Positions 38,487-51,810 of a DNA stretch of 64,000 bases are shown piece by piece (position 1 is the first letter of the stretch; the number at the start of each line of letters is the position of its first letter). The stretch comes from Eledone cirrhosa (taxonomy: Eukaryota). Under the pieces are notes generated by a model. That model was not told where the DNA came from. It saw only the letters and a list, made by a program, of their open reading frames with translations, and made no database searches. The stretch covers positions 196,540,001 through 196,604,000 of the forward strand of contig OZ024741.1 of assembly GCA_964016885.1 (NCBI GenBank), read 5' to 3'. Made by a program: the position numbers and the translations under genes.

Positions 38487-40429
38487 AAACTATAGGTATA
38501 TCATTGCTTTGTGTCGTAGCAAAAATTTTATGTAGGATGCTTCTGGACCATCTGCTGACACACATTGCAGACTGTGTTCTTCCTGAAAGTCAATCTGGTT
38601 TTCATGCTGGACGCGGCACTACTGATATGATCTTCTCAGTTAGACAGCTTCAGGAGAAGTGCGTGGAACAGGGTTTGAATCTGTATCAGGTTTTTGTCAA
38701 TCTGACAAAAGCTTTTGATACTGTGAACAGAAATGCATTGTGGAAGGTTCTCCAGAAACTTGGTTGCCCTGATAAGTTCCTTGCTTTGGTTAGGTCTTTC
38801 CATGACGACATGAAGGCTTGGGTTAATGTCAAAAGTAACATGTCGGAGCCTATCTCAATGAAAAATTGGAGTGAAACAGGGTGATATTCCAGCACCGACC
38901 CTATTTGCCATATACTTTATGATAGTTTTCTATATTGCATTCAGGAATTGCAAGCATGATATTTACATCTACTATCGAACCTCTGGCAGCATATTTAACA
39001 TCAGGTGCTTTGCTGCAAAAACAAATGTATTTACTCCTATCATAAGAGACCTTTTGTATGCAGATGATTGCAATCTTGTAGCGCACACAGAGATTGATAT
39101 GCAGCACATTTTGAATGCATTTTCTGATGCTTACACTGCCCTAGGATTGACTGTCAGTCTTAAGAAAACCGTTGTCATGTACCAGCCTGCTCCTAGTAAG
39201 CAGTACAATGAACCAAATATCTATGTGTATGGTAAACGACTTGGACTGGTTGATCAGTTTGTCTCCCTAGGAAGCACTGTCAATCGATACAGCAATCTTG
39301 ATAATGAATTTCCACACAGGATTAGGAAAGCAAGTGATGCTTTTGAAAAGCTAGAAAGGCACCTTTGGAGTCGGCGAGACATATGCAAGAAGACAAAGGT
39401 AAAGGTGTACAAGGCATGTGTACTCTCTTCTCTTCTTTATGCCTGCAAGACCTGGGTCACATATCGACACCACCTTAAACAGTTGGAATGTTTCCATCAG
39501 ATGTGTCTCAGGCAGATCCATGGCATTCACTGGAGGGACCACATCAGCAAGGTTGAGATTTTGGAAAGCTCTGTGTGAAAGCATAGAAGCTTTTGTGCTT
39601 AAGCAAAGACTTCGATGGAGTGGTCACCTTGCCAGGATGAAGGATTCTAGGATACCAAATCAACTCTTTTATGGAGAGTTAGTTAAAGGAAAATGACCTC
39701 CACATAAACCAAAAAAAGAGGTATAAAGATTCGTTGAGAGTTGCTAACATCTCTGCTGATACATGGGAAAGGATAGCTGCTGATCATAGTAAATGGAGAA
39801 AGATTGTACATGAGGGGAAATTTGCTTTTGAAGCATCTTGAATCGCATACGAGAAAGTAAAAAGGGATGTCAGCATTGCTGTTACATTTCCAGACAGCAA
39901 AGGTCTTCCTCTGTGCAAAACACTGCCTCAGCAAAACTGGACTCATAAGTCATCTTCACAGTCATAAAGTGATACCAGTGGTGGACTACCAGGCTGCTGT
40001 TGGAGATGCTACACATCATACCTGTCAAGCATATGGAAAAGAGAGTTCAACAGGAGGGCTCAAACGACATGCAAAAGTACATGAAGTCCAACCACAGATG
40101 GGTATTGCTAGTGAATGTTTTTATCATCATTGCCAACTCTGTGCAAGACATTTTAGATCATTGGCTAAAAAGCCACATTTAATGACAGCACCGTTAATTA
40201 TTAATATATATATGTGTTCTTTTTTTTTTATCGTACAATGGCCATACTCGATAACGAGGGGGCAGCCATTCCTCTCTCTCTCTCTCTCTCTCCCTCCCCC
40301 TCTCTCTCATTCTATCATTTATCTTTTGATGAAGGACAAGCATCTGAAACGTTAAAACTATTTTCTATCTATATCAAGTGTATTGTATTGTTTTCCTCAG
40401 TTATTTTTCCTTGTTGACTTTTATATATG

Positions 40430-40466
<37 letters not shown>

Positions 40467-41259
40467 TGTACATGTGTGTGCACACGCTTGTGTGTGTGTG
40501 TGATCAAATTTTTTTTAAATAATTAGCAGAAGCAGAAAAGCAGTGACCATTTATATTTCTTAAATTGGTGAGATCTATATCTATGCAGCTGATGTTAACT
40601 GATGGGAACTGAAGTAGGATGCCACACATGTTTATATGTATATATATGTGTGCGTATATGTCAGGTCACTCTCAAGTGATACTGGCAACATGAAACCTTA
40701 TATAACTGTCTCATGGTTGGGTTGTTTGTAGCAAAACTGGCACCCCCACTAAACTTGCTTGGTGAGGTTGGTAATTTTTGGATACGCTGCAGGATAAAAA
40801 ACAAAAGCCATCAAAGGGCAGAGGAACTCAAGAGAGTCAATAGCTGTCCAAGAGAGTGAAAAAATTAAAACCAGGTAGACAGAGCTTGTTAGCCTTGGTT
40901 GTAAGTCTGTCTAGGAGAAGAAAAATTCTGATTTCAAAACTGGGGTAGGTGGTACTCCTTAGTCACCTTGGGGATAGTCATTTAAGTGGCCAACAGCTTC
41001 ATCTTTGTGATGAAGGCAGATGAGCTGTGGCTCGGTAGTCACCTTCACACTCACCCCATAAAAGCATGCATATTAATATAACTTTCACCCACTTACAAAA
41101 TGCACACATCCAGCAGCATACACATGTAGATAGTAACACTATTATGCATTTGTATAAGTTCCATGACACAACACCTAGCCCTGAAAACATATACACACCT
41201 TTCTATGGCAATGTCACACATAACTTTACAAAAACATTCCTCTCTCTCTCTCTCTCCTG

Positions 41260-41260
<1 letters not shown>

Positions 41261-41346
<86 letters not shown>
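41261..41346. repeat. (TA)n microsatellite, representative of many
   Basis: Other (TA)n tracts at ~2815, 3297, 4177, 4656, 22459, 22629 and 26230; poly(A) at 6933-6965; (TGTA)n at 47820-47880. Confidence 0.95.
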
Positions 41347-41348
<2 letters not shown>

Positions 41349-41545
41349 AAATTAGTTTAAATTCACAATATTTTCATCTGGCAATCATATGTGTTTCGTT
41401 GGGGAATTATTTCCACAGCTCATTAGTCTGTGTGTATTCAATAGATGAAAATGTGAATTTAACCTGATTTGGTAAATTACATCTCATCCATCAGACTGAA
41501 TACTCTGTCAACTTTGGTTATAAACTTTTTAATGAAATTCACTGC

Positions 41546-42630
41546 ATCATCATCATCATCATCATCATCATCAACGTTTAACGTCCGTGTTCCACGCTTG
41601 CATGGGTTTGGACGGGGGTTTTCCCACTTGAGGCAAGAGTGATTGTCTTGCTCGCATAGGACTGTCTGGCAGGTTTTCTACAGTTGGATGCCCTTCCTAA
41701 CACCAACCACATTTACAGTGTGGGTCTGGGAGGTTTTTACCGTGTTGCCTACACGGCCACATTACAGCGTGGACTGTGTGTTTTTTTGTCGTGACACCTA
41801 CACGATCTCATTTGTTTCGGCCTGGATGGTGAGGCACCAACATAACTTTACATAGAAGGGGGCGGTGTGGATGGGGTGGGGGTGGTGGGACGGGGGTGTA
41901 TTTTGTTAGAGATGCCTACTGACTGTAGTAGGTTTTACTTTGTATTTAGGTAAGGCGGGTCTTCTCTATTACTGAGTACCGCCAAAGGTCTCGGTCCAGT
42001 GACATTGTCTTGGTGAGGTGTAAGTGTGTGAGGTCGGAGTTTATCAGCTCGTCCCAGGTTTTTCTGGGTCTGCCTATTCCGTGGCTACCGTCTATCTTTA
42101 TTGCCCTGCACTTTGTTATACAGCTATCGTCCTTCATGCGCATCACGTGACCATACCAACGTAGCCTTCTCTCTAGTAAACAACATCTGATCCCTCTTAT
42201 TTCTAATTTTTTCCTTAGTTCGTTTATGCTTTGTCGTTCACGTATATTACTATTACACATCCAGCGGAGCATGCAAGCTTCGTTTCTCTCTAGTCTGCGT
42301 ATATCCTCTGCACACAATGCCCAGGTCTCACTGTCATGCAACATTGCTGTTCGTATGCAGGCATCGTACAACCTGCCTTTCATTTTTAGGGAGAACCCTT
42401 TAGCGGCTAATAGTGGTATAAGCTCTCTGAACTTTTTCCACCCAGTTCTGACTCTAGCTACTGTACTTTCAGAGCACCCTCCCCCACTGCTGATTTTGTC
42501 ACCCAGGTAACGGAAGCTGTCCACTATTTCTATAGAACCCTCTGCGCAGTTGAAAGAGCTAGTATTTTGTGGGCACTTGCTGCTACTTATTGCCCCAGAA
42601 CACCGGCCACATGTAAAATCTATGTTCTTA
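41546..42630 (-). mobile_element. RTE LINE 3' fragment with 3'UTR and (GAT)n tail
   Basis: ORF 41946..42524: FRYLGD, W..FREL, ETW, RRLRWYGHV.R, GRPRKTW. Confidence 0.88.
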
Positions 42631-43249
42631 GTTCTATATATATATATATACGATTGGGTGAAGGAGTGCTAGGTTATGCCAATGGAAGGAAGCTGTAGTA
42701 GAGGAAGACCGAGGAAAAACCTGTGGAGAGATTAAATCTGATTTTAAAAGTCTGAACTTCATAATGGAGATGCCAAAGGAACGCTATGAGGGAAGATGTG
42801 CTGGAGATAACCTATCTAATATGTGCAAGCATAGAAATAATGATGTAAAAATGATGACGATGACAACGACCAACGTGTTGGTTAGTTTGGTGATAGGTGT
42901 CATTCTTAACAACATATATAGAAAGAGGAAAAGAGATAGAGAGGAAAAGAGATAGAGAGGGAATTAACATATGGCTTTGGGTAAAAGGGGGATTAGTTGA
43001 AAGGAAATACAGGGGGATTAGTTGAAAGGAAATACAGCACTCTCAGATTCACACACTTATTTCAGCGCTCCTACTTCCCCTGTAAAAGTAACAGCTCTTC
43101 CCTTTCGTTATACCTTTAAAGCCAGGAACTTTTCAGCATCTTCTCATACGGACCAAAGTGCAAAGTAATGAGTGATGAAACCAGAAAGATGAATGAATGT
43201 ACATGCTCCATATACATATGCATACACACACACAGGTAACTCCCGTCTG

Positions 43250-44110
43250 TTTATGGTATTTGTACAAAGTTACATTTTATCCCCACCCTTTCTTTGATGA
43301 TGAATGGAATAAACATATATGGCAAGGAGATTGATAGCAGACTGGCAAAGGCAAACAGTGCATTTGGTAGGCTGCACAAAAGTATCTGAAACAACAAAAG
43401 CTGATTGTCAGATTGGATCAAAGAACTAATATTTTCATTGGTCTTTCAATTTTTGGCACTATTTGCCAGTCACAACTCCTAGCAGATGGAACAATAAATA
43501 CTTGATAAAAAGCACAGAAGCCAGCATGTACAAATCTCCTGGATTCACCACACACCTGTGTGGTTCCTAGACATAGCTTACTTACCACTATCTCCTATGA
43601 CTCCTTGAGCACTTCCACTAGTGCTGCCGTTGCACCATCTTCAACATCTACTGGAGTGACATTGTCACAAGTATTGAAGTTTTTGAACAGGCAGAGGTCA
43701 TCAACATAAAGGCCATGCTGTTAACGACACAACTGCACTTGGTAGAGCATGTTTCACCTGTCCAAGATAACATTGTATCGTGAACTCTCACCAAAAAAAA
43801 AAAAGGATACAACGATTCTCTGAAGAAATCCCTTCAAGCATGTCACATCAACTAATGCCAGTTGACTGAGGTGGCCCTTGATTGTGTGACATGGCGATAC
43901 ACCATCCACCAGTCTGTTTCCTTCTACAAGAATACTCACAGAGCTGATGCTGAGGACAAAAGAAGTAGGAGGAAGAAATGTGGAACAGCAACATCAAGCT
44001 CAGAACAAAACTTCCTTAACTACTGTGGCAGAGTCTGTCTGTCCTATATTGGTTGTGTCACCACCAGTGAGCCTGCTATAAACATGGGCAGATCACTTCA
44101 GAAATCTTAA
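43250..44110 (+). mobile_element. Decayed RTE/BovB-like LINE 3' fragment
   Basis: KANSAFGRL..WNN remnant and a terminal C..C.S.IG zinc-finger-like remnant, with many stop codons. Confidence 0.55.
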
Positions 44111-45399
44111 TTAGTGAAGTCAGGTCACGATATGAATATATATTTTCCATTTCCTCAATTTATTTCTTGCATATTTCTCAAACTGTTAATCATTGCTTTA
44201 TTTAATATAATATTCATAATGTATGAACAATATAATAAATTCCTTATTCCAATACAGGTATAGTGAATTTATTATTTTTTTTATTTTTTATACATCTATA
44301 CACTTTTATTTATTTACCTACAGTTACTTACAGTGACCAAACGTATCCTTCCAAATTTATCTGTCATATGACAGATGAAATTCTAATATATATATATACA
44401 TATATATATTCTGTCTAACCCATGCTAACATGGAAAATGGATGTTAAATGGTGATGATGATGATGATATATATATATACACCACCAACAACAGAACACCC
44501 ATACACGTGCAAACACATCATAATATGCACCCCACCTACACCCACCCACTGCACGCCCTGCCACCTTCACCCTGCTCTTCATACCAACACGTTGAACCAC
44601 CCCTACTCTCCTCTCCTTTTAATAATTTTATTTTAACAACTTTTTATTTATTTTTTAACTTTATTTTTTTTGCACTTTTCCTTTTGTGTTTTTCCAGATG
44701 AAGGGTAAATGCCCAATACATTGACTATGTAACTCATTCCTCTTCCTCCAAGCGTGAAACTAATACACTTCATGTTATTGCATCCTCGTGTTTGTTTGTT
44801 TCTTGTTTCCTTGATTTACATATATATATACATACCCCTCCCCAGTCTTAAAACTCACCTCACCTGCTGAATATCTCATGTACCTCATTGCTGTCAAACT
44901 TGCTTACCTGTTCCCTCACCCCTGATATACTTCACTTGCCCATCCCATGCATATAATACAAGCATGGAAGCTGGACACACTCTACATCTGATCTCCCATA
45001 ATGCTATTGCCATGATAAAAAGCACAAAGTCCGCTCTGTATGCTTATCCGATGCCTCAATAACAGAAGCACCCAGTCCACCCTGTAAGGTGGTCGTCTTG
45101 GTGACACAGCAAATAGTACCCAGTTCACCTTGTTAGATGGTCATTTCCCTGCCAACACCCTGTAATGTGGTTGGTATCCAGTTGTAGAAACCAAGCCAAA
45201 ATACAGATCTGTATGAGCATGTTGGTCTCCAGACCTGTCTTGTCTCATAATATGACAACCCATTTAACCCATGCAAGCATGGAAAAATGGTTTTAAACAA
45301 TGATGATGATGGTAAGGGCTAGCTGGATTGTTACAGACCAAGTAAGTACTTAATCTGAGCTACTGACCTGTTAAACAGGCTTGGTTCTCATTTCCCATT

Positions 45400-46250
45400 T
45401 ACAAATGTCTCTGCACTCTACTGAGTGCACCAGAAACATTTGATTGTGGTACTAAAACTGGGGAGGTTGTCATGACTTTGAACAGCTGAAGAGTAACTGG
45501 CATTTGTGGTGAAGGCCTTTCATATGATTCTCTGCTTTGTAATCTGATGGGTGCTAAGGAATCTAGGTATTGATGAATGGGTTGTGAGGGCTGTGCAAAC
45601 CATGTATAGAGGTACAACTAGGAAGGTGAGATTTGGCAATGAGTACAGTGATGAATTTGATGCATAGGTGTGGGGTCCACCATAGTTCAATCTTCAGTTC
45701 ACTTCATTTTATCTTCAGGCCATAACAGAGGAGTTTAAGACTCCATGGGAACTTCTGAATGTAGATGATTGAGTCCGTATAGCTGAATCCATGGAAGGAT
45801 TAGAGATAAAATTTCAGACATGGAAAGAAACCTATATTTTAAAGGCCTAAAAGTAAACTTAGTGAAGACTACAGTTTTAATAAGTAGGAAAAAGGACAGG
45901 AATTTGATACCAGTTGCCTTGTTTGATATGTCAAAAAGGGATGGACAGAAATTCTATAAGGGGTCCACAGTGTAATCTATGGATGCAAAAGAACACATAT
46001 GAAATAGAATCCCTTAATTGCCAGAGAGAAAATGGTGATAGTGTGGATATGTGATGCGGTTGGAAGAAGACAGCTGTATAAAGAAGTACAGAAAGATATT
46101 AGTGGAAGGGACTCGTTAAAGAAATAAACCTAAGAAAACATTGGTTGTAGTGAATGCCAAACTTAGAAAGCCAACTCTCACAACAGAGATGACAAAGGTC
46201 TGTAGGGACTGGTGACATGTGATACCAGAGAAGACTTGCCTATCAAAATA
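45400..46250 (+). mobile_element. Decayed RTE RT fragment
   Basis: LRNLG.DEW.VR.VQ.MY, GVH..S..S and PWELL..DD remnants. Confidence 0.6.
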
Positions 46251-47029
46251 AAAAATGTGATATGGCCCCCTCCACCATAGCCCGTTAGTAAATTAATCTC
46301 ACCATCACATATACCCTATACCCACCCCACACCAGTCATAACTCCTTAGTAACTGTTCTCATCATCACAGTACTTCCCACTCTACCTGTGATCACCTCAC
46401 ATCACCTCCTTCTTATAACTCTGTCAAATTCCACCACACTTGGAACACACCCCACTCCTTCTCTCCCTCACATCACCCCTTTGAACCCCACTATTTCTGT
46501 CATTCATCCATGAAATTATACTTGTGGCCGCTGCCACCTATTGTCACTTACCTAGACATCACACTTATCATTCTTAACTCACCTCTCTCTATTCACTCTC
46601 CCCATGGGGTAGAGAGGGCTTCTCTATTGTTTGTGCTATGATAAAATGCACCCAGTACACACTGTAAAGTAGTTGGTGTTAGGAAGGGCTTACAGCCATA
46701 ACAATGCAAAAAAAGGCTGAGACGATTCTTCAGATGTGTAAAATGCACGAGAAGATCTCTAGTGTTGGTGACATGATAAAATGCATCCAAGTCAGCTGGT
46801 GCACTGACCAGACATGGTAGAATGCATAAAGACACACCCCAGCCAGTATTGCTAGGAGACAGACAATTTAAGTGTCACATCTATGAACGTGCCTGCAAAA
46901 CAAAAGCAGGTCTGAAAAGTCCCCTGTATGCACATGATTGTGCAATGTTCAATGAAGGGATGGCACTCTTCTGACAAGAAATAGTAACCAACAACAACAT
47001 GAAGTATGTGCAAGAACATGAGAATAATT

Positions 47030-47810
47030 GGTTTGGTGTCCGAGCATATGTTTAGCCTACTCGGAATGAGATACCCCTAGTTCTTGTTAGGAGATCATTC
47101 TAGAAGAAGGAAAACTCTGATGTTAAACCTGTGACTTGATGACCTGTTTTTCTTTTTGGACACCTGTCTCTGATGTCGAGAGAGTTGGATTGGTCCAGGG
47201 CAAGCCCTTCTTCACTTAAAAAAGCTTCAAGCACAGGCATCACTTGATCTAAACAACTTTCATGTGTGTTGTGTGAGCATGGTCTTTTATTTTTACTTTC
47301 ATTGCAACATATGTAGAAAGGAATCTAAGTCCTTGAAAGGGCTAAAAAGTCATGTTTGTGCCACCCATGTATGAGAAAAAATGTTAAGGGATGGCAAATC
47401 TTGAAGCTGAGATGCAGCCATTATATATTTATGTATGTCCAAATTCACCTTCCTCACCAATAAAGTTTTTTCTTTTTGTGGAGCAAGAGACTCCTAGTCT
47501 TCATTATGACATCTCTCTAGGTCACTCTGATATAAAACCTGCGACTTCGTTTGCATCTAATGATGTAGACCAGTTCTTTTTGGGCAAATGCATTCGATGT
47601 TCAGAGAGAGGGATTGGCCCTGTGAAAAGCCTTTCCTCACTCAAAAAAGCTTCAAGCACAGGCATCGCTTGATATGTGACGTTTTTTTTGCGATGCATGT
47701 CATTGCTGGCCAGAGGTAAATCCCTAGCAGGACTTAAAAGCCACATCTGTGATGTTCATGCTTAAGTATCAAGTGATGGCATTACTTGAAATTGAGTTGC
47801 AGCCATCATC
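47030..47810 (+). repeat. Dispersed repeat family with a partial tandem copy; another copy at ~58330-58630
   Basis: Shared CCCCTAGTTCTTG...TCTAGAAG(AAG)GAAAACTCTGATG...GCTTCAAGCACAGGCATC blocks. The GAAGGAAAACTCTG motif resembles an RTE 5'UTR (also ~40900-40940). Confidence 0.6.
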
Positions 47811-48002
47811 ATCATCATCATGTATGTATGTATGTACGTATGTATGTATGTACGTATGTATGTATGTATGTATGTATGTGTGCACAGGATGAAGCAAACA
47901 TCCAGAGGACATTAATTTGCACCACTTCTCCCCCACTTCCAAACACCTTGCACCTCTTAACACTTCGCACTTCACCAGCTAAGTACCCTACCTTAGACCT
48001 AC

Positions 48003-50119
48003 CACTGATCTTGTTTGCTAATAACAGTTCAATTTTAGCTGACATAGACAGCAAAACCAAAGAGCTCCTCTGGTATATCCAAAATATAGCCTTGAAATTT
48101 TGTTTTAATTTTAATGTTGATAAGCATGGAGGCACATAGCTTAGTGGTTAGAGCATTGGCCTTGCAATCGAAAGGTTGTGAGTTCAATTCTCAGACTGGG
48201 TGATGTGTTGTTTCCTTGAGCAAGACACTTTATTTCACATTGCTCCAGTTTACTCAGCTGTAGAAATGAGATGATAGGGACTGGGGTCCCTATCATTCTA
48301 CTGTAAAGTGGTTGTGGAGGTGCCACGGCAAAAAAGCACCCAGTACCCACTGTAAATGAGGTTGGTGTTAGGAAGGGCATCCAGCTGTAGAAATCAAGCC
48401 AGAATCAGTTCCCGTCCCACCCTTGCAAGCAGGGAAAAGCGGACGTAAAATGAAATGAAAAATGAAATGAAAATAAGCATGCTTCAATGGATGTGCAATG
48501 TTAATGTGAGTGGATGACAAAGCATGTGAGTGGATGACATACCAACTTCAAAATTCTATGTAAATGAGGTGCTAAAATATTTTCACTTTGGAGGAGAATA
48601 TTACCAGTTTTACATTAGAGATGAATATTATACTAGTTTCACTTTTGACATGAAATTCGTATTTCCTGTTGTTTTAGATATGTTTCGAAAGAATATGGTC
48701 TTCAAAATGGTCGAAATTGGTAAAAAAAATCATTACGTAATGGAATTGTGAAACAAAAACTGTACTCTAAACAACACTTAAAACATTTTAAATATGAAAA
48801 TATTAAAACTTCATAAATATATTCTCTACTCATGAGAATTTCAAAACCGCACCATTTAAACATAATGTGTGGATTACCTACCTCGGTTTATAAACAGGGT
48901 TTGGATTTTTACCCATAAAATAGGGGGATTGGCTTATATTCAAGTAGATACTGTAACTAAATACAGTGTGGTATGTTTGCTACTTTTTTAATTCAGTTTT
49001 TAATCTAAGACTCTTTTACCATTTTTAACATATCCTGATCTTATAAAATTTTGCCAATAATTCTAACATATAACATTATGAAACTTTATCCCATTTAAGC
49101 TTTCAAAATTTATGGGGAGAATACAATGTGCCTAGTCTGCAACCCTGTACATTATGTCATATGATTGATCACTGTAGTCTGAATATGCAGTATAATCTTC
49201 AGCTAGGTATTTGCTGTATCTGTAGGTTGCACCCAGTCATTTGACTAACTGCCAGATGTCTGCTAAATGATAGTTGACCTGGGACTACATAATGATTTCT
49301 GATTTAGGTACAAGGCCATCAATTTTGGGAAGGGAAAATTCAATTAAATCGGACCCCAGTGTATTACTGGTACTTTATTTTATCAACACTGTACAGATGA
49401 AAGGTAAGGCTAACCTCAGTAGGATTTGAACTCAGGATCATAACCTATGCTGCAAAACATGTTGTCTGACACTCTACCTATACTGCCAATCTACTGCTCT
49501 TACCCGGGACTACATAATAACAACCAAAGTTTGCAGTTTCGATTTTCTACATACAATCTCTGGTATTAAAATGCAATAACTTATTCTAATTTTACTCCAT
49601 GCAACATGATATTAACTACTGTATCATCAGTAACAAATATTTTGATCATCATTATCATTTTACGCTTGCATGGGTTGGATAGGTCCTTCTCAGTACAGCA
49701 TCTCTCTACTTATCGAGTTCCTTTGTCATTTCCTCTGTGAGCTTCAGCTATTTGAGATCAGCTCTCATCACTTTCATCCAAGTCTTCCTTGGTCTTCCTC
49801 TACTGTGGCTTCATTCTACTGGGATTACTTGGCACTTTTTCACCTAGCAATCATCATCCATGTGCATCACATGTTCATACCAATGTAGTCTCCTTTTCTG
49901 CACACTACATATGATTCCTCTTACACCCAGTTTCTCTCTCAGCTCTTCCATGCTTTGTCATCCACTCACATTAACATTGCACATCCATTGAAGCATGCTT
50001 ATCAGCATTAAAATTAAAACAAAATTTCAAGGCTATATTTTGGATATACCAGAGGAGCTCTTTGGATTTGCTGTCTATGTCAGCAAAAATTGAACTGTTA
50101 TTAGCAAACAAGATCAGTG
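48003..50119. repeat. Inverted duplication (~180-bp arms), left arm split by a SINE
   Basis: 48003-48128 joined to 48482-48526 is the reverse complement of ~49949-50119. Confidence 0.88.
48128..48472 (+). mobile_element. Full-length tRNA-derived CORE-type SINE with RTE-like 3' tail
   Basis: A-box TAGCTTAGTGG, B-box GAGTTCAATTCTC and CORE-like TTCCTTGAGCAAGACACTTTA. The 3' end is shared with the local RTE LINEs, there is a (GAAAT)n tail, and the TSD is ATAAGCATG (48120-28 and 48473-81). Confidence 0.88.
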
Positions 50120-51559
50120 ATATAGCCATTTAAGTCAAACTGTATAGCCTGTTCTAGTTCAAGATATTGTTCATTATCAAATCAATAACTAGAACAGAAT
50201 ATACAGTTTGACTTGGCCCTGTAAACTGATCATGATCTCTGATCTTGATCAGGTGAACGATAACAACCTGAGACAGCAATAGTCTCATACGCAAGATTAT
50301 CAATTCATCAATTCAACAATTGCACTACATAACAGCAGTGAGAGGACACAGCCTTATTTAATGTTTGTTTGTTTGAACTGGAAAATAGTAAGGTATTTGA
50401 TATACAATTTTTACTGTTTGAATTAACACACACTATGAGTGTTTTTAATAAATATTTGAATTTTATGAATAACTGACAATTTGAAGAGATTTACTAAAAT
50501 AATTAATCATATTATTAAGCTGATATTTAGCACATAACTTAAAGATATTTTTCCATAACATTAGTTTTTATTTAAATAGGAATACTTTAAAATAAGCGAT
50601 TTGTTATAGAATTTTGGGCAGGTTGGTATCAAAAGAGTTAAGAAGGACTGACAAGTAATATCATCTGCATACTGGTGTGTGTTGTGAGAGAGGAGAGCAT
50701 GTAGGTTATTAATGTACAAAGTTTATAGACCTCAGATGAGAGAGAGCACTGTTGTCACATGCTGCAATAGTGTGATCAGACAAAACCTTCTAATCTAAGA
50801 AATGACAGATGTAAGCCACAAATGGGAAACTTCACTCAGACTGTCTCACATCAGCTATGGTCTTGGTTGTATTAACCATTAATTCTTCATTAATATGTTT
50901 TTAATAAAACATATATTTGAATTAATGAAGAATTTATTAATGAAGAATTTAGAGGGATTTATTAAAATTATTATTTCATTAGTAAGATGGTATTTGTGAC
51001 ATAACAAAATGTTCATAATATAAAATTATGTTGGAAGATTTTGATTTAAATCAGAGCTCCTTAAAATGAAGGGTTTTATTTCAGTGAACCAGAAGCAGTT
51101 TCAGGTGGGTTGGTACCAAAAGGGTGATAAAATAAGCACATGATTAAGGTATCAAAAGATAAATAATTTATTAAAATTATATATATTTGTCATTCCCCTC
51201 CTCCACATTTTTTTTTCAGACTCTATATATGGGAGCACACCATAATCTTTTTAGATGCTTAGGGCACAAACGGGATATAATCCAGCACTGGCTATGCTTG
51301 AAAGCTTTGCTGATGTCAGGTGCAACAACATTGCTCTTGCCAAATTTCTCTCAAACAAGCAACACTTGGGAAGTGACATATGTGAGTCACTGGCTTAACA
51401 AATATCAAACCACTGATTATTGAAGAGGGATATTCAAAATGATGGAGGATGTAATTGTTAACATGTTTTATCACTTTTGAGATGCTATAGGTGAGAACAA
51501 TAGGGTGGTAATAAGCAAAGTTAGAGGAATTTCTCCTAGAAAGTTCCCCTCTAAGCAAG

Positions 51560-51810
51560 GTTGTTTATGGAAGACCAGCAATTGCCCATGCATACCAGTC
51601 TCCCCTCCACACCCCTAATGTGTTTAAGGGAAAAGCAAAGGCCAATGCAGCTTGGCACCAGTGACCTCACAGCTCATTTCTACAGCTGAGTGAACTAGAG
51701 CAATGTGAGATAAAGTGTCTTGCTCAAAGACTCAACACATTGCCCAGTTTAGGAATCAAATTCACGACTTCACGATTGTAGCCCGATGCTCTAACCACTA
51801 AGCCATGTGT
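51560..51810 (-). mobile_element. CORE-type tRNA SINE
   Basis: Reverse complement matches the head and core of 48128-48270. Confidence 0.7.

Larger units (their letters stand above)
32010..40270 (+). mobile_element. RTE (BovB-like) LINE, decayed, split by a Gypsy insertion
   Basis: APE motifs TWMHP..WHLLDY and ECWMDH. RT motifs PGMDGI, KNDCGN|YR (interrupted), PESQSGF, KAFDTVNR, KQG, LLYADD and RLRWSGH. C-terminal C2H2-like motifs and a 3' terminal hairpin. Confidence 0.9.

Noticed and set aside
48128-48200. tRNA-like sequence with A and B boxes
   Set aside because: It is the head of a SINE: it continues into a CORE domain and LINE-like tail and has a TSD, with no proper acceptor stem.
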